Shown here: in pieces, positions 25,376 through 27,979 of the stretch
Position numbering within the stretch: the stretch's first letter is position 1
Layout of the letters: each line of letters starts with the position of its first letter
Program-made: the position numbers and the translations under genes
The notes under the pieces: generated by a model
Database searches by the model: none
What the model was told of the DNA's origin: nothing
What the model saw: the letters and a program-made list of their open reading frames with translations, nothing else
Origin: Promethearchaeota archaeon
Lineage (GTDB): Archaea; Asgardarchaeota; Lokiarchaeia; Sigyniarchaeales; SOKP01
Assembly (NCBI GenBank): GCA_016839765.1
Contig: JAEOTP010000080.1
Coordinates: 1-27,979 of the forward strand
Direction of reading: 5' to 3'
DNA length: 27,979 nt

Positions 25376-27352
25376 ATGTCCCACTTAGAATCTGAGGAGC
25401 TAACTCAAGCAAAAATACTCATTGATGAAGGTAAACTAGATGAGGCCCTCACACTCTTGAATAATTACGAGCAGAAAGAAGGGCTCAACCATCATGATAA
25501 AGAATCCTGTCATTTACTTCAATGTCAAATTCTTTTTTGGCAAGGGAAGTATAAAGAGCTTATTAAACATACTGAACCCATTTATAAAGAAAGCAGAGAA
25601 CGGGAAAATAATCTCTTTATAGTCGACAACTTACTTATAATGACACATACATTAATAAGGCTTTATAGATTTGATAAAGCTTTTGATTTGATTAAGCAAG
25701 GAGAAGAACTAATCAAAACAATTCCACATGAATTAGAAAGAGCCTATAAGCAAAGAAAGGCTTATTTAGCTTTCATAAAAGGATATTTATACAATAGAAG
25801 AAGAGATCCAGATGACGCAGATCTGGCATTAAAACAATTGGAGCACAGCTTAGTAATGCGAGAAGAATTGGGGGTTCAACATGAAATTTCAGAATCCCTT
25901 GATCAGATGGCATGGAATCTATTGATTTTTAAAGGTGAAATGGATCGTGCCTTAAAATATTCCGAACGAAGTGTATCTCTTGCTAGAGAAAGTCGCAGAA
26001 AATATTATATCGCATGTAGTCTTCATGTTATGGCGCTTATATATGCGTCTCTAGGGGAAATGGAACGTTGTATAAAAACTTATGAGCAAGGTTTAGAACT
26101 TTTCAAGGAATTTAACAATAAATACGAAATGGCAGATGTTCTTAACAATTTAAGTTTCGATTATAATTTGAAAGGAGATTCGGATCGTGCATTAGAGTGT
26201 ATAGAACAAGCTATGGACCTAAACCGTGAGTTAGGAGATTTAAGAAACCTAGTTAATAACTACGACTTTTTAATTGAAATATTAATTAAAAGGGGAGATC
26301 TTGAGCGAGCTCGGCAAAGTCTTAACGATTTGGAGCGATTGAACAGTCAATTAAAAGATAAACAAATGGATTTAATGTATCTTTTTGATAAAGCTCTATT
26401 ATTGAAAACAAGTCTTAGAGCTCGCGATCGAGGTAAAGCTGAAGAAATATTAATGCAACTCCTTGAAAATGAGAATTTAACCCATGATGGTAAGTATAGA
26501 GCATTAATTAATTTATGTGAATTGCTCTTAACTGAGTTATATATGACTAATGACCTGAATGTGTTGGATGAGTTAAACCAATTTCTTGGTCAACTATTAG
26601 AACTTGCTGAAAAATCGCATTCGTACTGGATTATGGGAGAAACTTACCTTTTACAAGCCAAATTGGCTTTAATTGCATTGGATTTGAAAAAAGCTCGAGG
26701 TTTATTGACTAAAGGGCAGCAAATTGCTGAAAAGTACGGAATTAGTTTGTTAGCCATGAAAATATCGAATGAACATGATGAAATTCTTAAACAATTAAAT
26801 ATGTGGAAAAACTTAAAAGAATCAACTTCATCATTAAAAGAACGTATGGAATTTGCTCGGTTAAGTGAACAAATGGAGAATGTGTTCCGAAAGCGAGCAA
26901 TAGAAGCCCCTGAACTTTTGGATGAAGAACCTGTACTTCTTTTAATTGTATCAGAGGGAGGTAGACCCATATTTTCTCAATCATTTGTAAAGGATCAGGC
27001 TTTTGAAGACCATCTTTTCGGAGGGTTTTTTACCACTATCAATTCATTTATAAGTGATAAGTTCTCGGAAGGACTTGATCGAGCGATTTTTGGCGAACAT
27101 ACACTCCTTATGAACTCTATGTCACCCTTTTTAATGTGTTATGTATTCAAAGGTCAATCGTATTCCGCTCAACAGAGGATTACATACTTTATTGATAAAT
27201 TACAGAGCGATGAGCTTGTTTGGCAGACTTTTGATAAATTTTACCGAGTAAACAAGGAAATACAAATAAATGACATCCCTTCTCTTAAAACATTAATAAA
27301 TAAACTATTTATTGAAAAAACTATTCCGTTAAATTCACTAAAATATAACTAA
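25376..27352 (+). CDS. TPR-repeat protein with a C-terminal longin/profilin-like domain
   Basis: MalT-like TPR repeats (LNNLS..Y..KGD.DRALE); C-terminal PVLLLIVSEGGRPIFSQSF...LFGGFFTTINSF...LMCYVFKG pattern. Confidence 0.8.
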   Translation: MSHLESEELTQAKILIDEGKLDEALTLLNNYEQKEGLNHHDKESCHLLQCQILFWQGKYKELIKHTEPIYKESRERENNLFIVDNLLIMTHTLIRLYRFDKAFDLIKQGEELIKTIPHELERAYKQRKAYLAFIKGYLYNRRRDPDDADLALKQLEHSLVMREELGVQHEISESLDQMAWNLLIFKGEMDRALKYSERSVSLARESRRKYYIACSLHVMALIYASLGEMERCIKTYEQGLELFKEFNNKYEMADVLNNLSFDYNLKGDSDRALECIEQAMDLNRELGDLRNLVNNYDFLIEILIKRGDLERARQSLNDLERLNSQLKDKQMDLMYLFDKALLLKTSLRARDRGKAEEILMQLLENENLTHDGKYRALINLCELLLTELYMTNDLNVLDELNQFLGQLLELAEKSHSYWIMGETYLLQAKLALIALDLKKARGLLTKGQQIAEKYGISLLAMKISNEHDEILKQLNMWKNLKESTSSLKERMEFARLSEQMENVFRKRAIEAPELLDEEPVLLLIVSEGGRPIFSQSFVKDQAFEDHLFGGFFTTINSFISDKFSEGLDRAIFGEHTLLMNSMSPFLMCYVFKGQSYSAQQRITYFIDKLQSDELVWQTFDKFYRVNKEIQINDIPSLKTLINKLFIEKTIPLNSLKYN

Positions 27353-27420
27353 AAATTATAATTGCTGTAATTTTTAATCCTATCCCTACTTTTTAATTTT
27401 ATTTTTGAATTTTTTCTTTA

Positions 27421-27438
27421 ATTCGAACTTCGTGAAAA
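27421..27438. repeat. 18-bp motif ATTCGAACTTCGTGAAAA
   Basis: Exact reverse complement of 25118-25135. Confidence 0.8.
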
Positions 27439-27784
27439 TTTGTTTTACTTAAATTTAATCGATGGAAACCCAAAATAGCCTTGCATAATCGCAGGAAGTT
27501 TTCATGAAGTTAAAAAAAAATGAAAGAATTAAAACTAAGTGAAAATATTCGATTAAAAGTATATAATAAAGGATATAATCCTTGGTTAAAAAATCATTAA
27601 ATAATTTTTTTTTTCTTTTCCTTTTCTCTTTTTTCTTATAATTTTTGAAGAACTCAAGATTCACAGTGACTAAAATTTTAAATTAAAATAAATCTAATCT
27701 TAATTTAATAATTTGAAATCTATTTGAAAAATAGATTATTTATATTATTTAAATAATAATAATATTAAATTTTGGAGAAATTTA

Positions 27785-27979
27785 ATGTTTAGAGATATTG
27801 AGAAGGATATTCAACAATACTATGCCGATCGAGCAAATGAATATGATTTGATCTATGAAAGACCTGAACGACAAACTGACTTAAAAACAATTCGCATTCT
27901 ACTCAAGAATTTACTCAATGAACATCATGTGCTTGAAATAGCATGTGGAACAGGTTATTGGACTAAAATTATTAGCTCC
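27785..27979 (+). CDS. Class I SAM-dependent methyltransferase, 5' part (runs off the window end)
   Basis: Translated by hand: MFRDIEKDIQQYYADRANEYDLIYERPERQ...VLEIACGTGYWTKIISS (motif I); GGAG upstream. Confidence 0.88.
   Translation, partial: MFRDIEKDIQQYYADRANEYDLIYERPERQTDLKTIRILLKNLLNEHHVLEIACGTGYWTKIISS

Noticed and set aside
1323-26984. Short overlapping ORFs in the track (1323-1520, 3517-3828, 3565-3780, 5460-5675, 7714-7992, 8426-8611, 8580-8765, 13082-13336, 13222-13416, 15495-15752, 15580-15762, 18699-19010, 24357-24542, 26644-26970, 26787-26984)
   Set aside because: All lie within or antisense to well-supported genes and have no recognisable motifs.
25118-27438. Autonomous IS or transposon bounded by the 18-bp inverted repeats
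   Set aside because: There is no transposase or recombinase in the window, no evident target-site duplication, and a third partial copy lies outside the pair.
27455-27664. 69-aa minus-strand ORF
   Set aside because: Low-complexity A/T-run-derived sequence with no motif; likely spurious.
1-27979. tRNA, rRNA or CRISPR arrays
   Set aside because: No cloverleaf, long GC-rich structural RNA or regularly spaced repeat-spacer array was seen by eye.

Overview
AT-rich archaeal window with no rRNA, tRNA, CRISPR array or transposase visible. The gene content suggests an Asgard archaeon, probably Lokiarchaeia/Promethearchaeota (inference): aIF-1A, an archaeal/eukaryotic-type LeuRS, an SCP2-type thiolase, a URO-D family protein, a wHTH-TPR protein and a TPR protein with a longin-like domain. 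In order, the window holds: a YbaN-like membrane protein; aIF-1A; two tandem cold-shock genes; a tandem Lrp/AsnC regulator; a flavodoxin-membrane fusion and several small proteins; a URO-D / ACS-beta-like / CooC module; a flavodoxin; leuS; a radical SAM enzyme; a methyltransferase; an acyl-CoA dehydrogenase / ETF / thiolase cluster; two TPR proteins; and a truncated methyltransferase. The strongest signal is an unannotated 29-codon uORF (9627-9716, MISNNTAPQSGVKAKFSLIDLLAVLLLLL*) directly upstream of leucyl-tRNA synthetase. It ends in five consecutive Leu codons and is followed by mutually competing RNA helices, so it is a candidate leucine-sensing leader-peptide attenuator in an archaeon. Other signals are a conserved structured 3' element behind both csp paralogs, a probable ATT start codon for cooC, a repeated CGAAnTTCG operator-like motif around the TPR genes, and a strand-specific hairpin that may be a small RNA (24255-24334).
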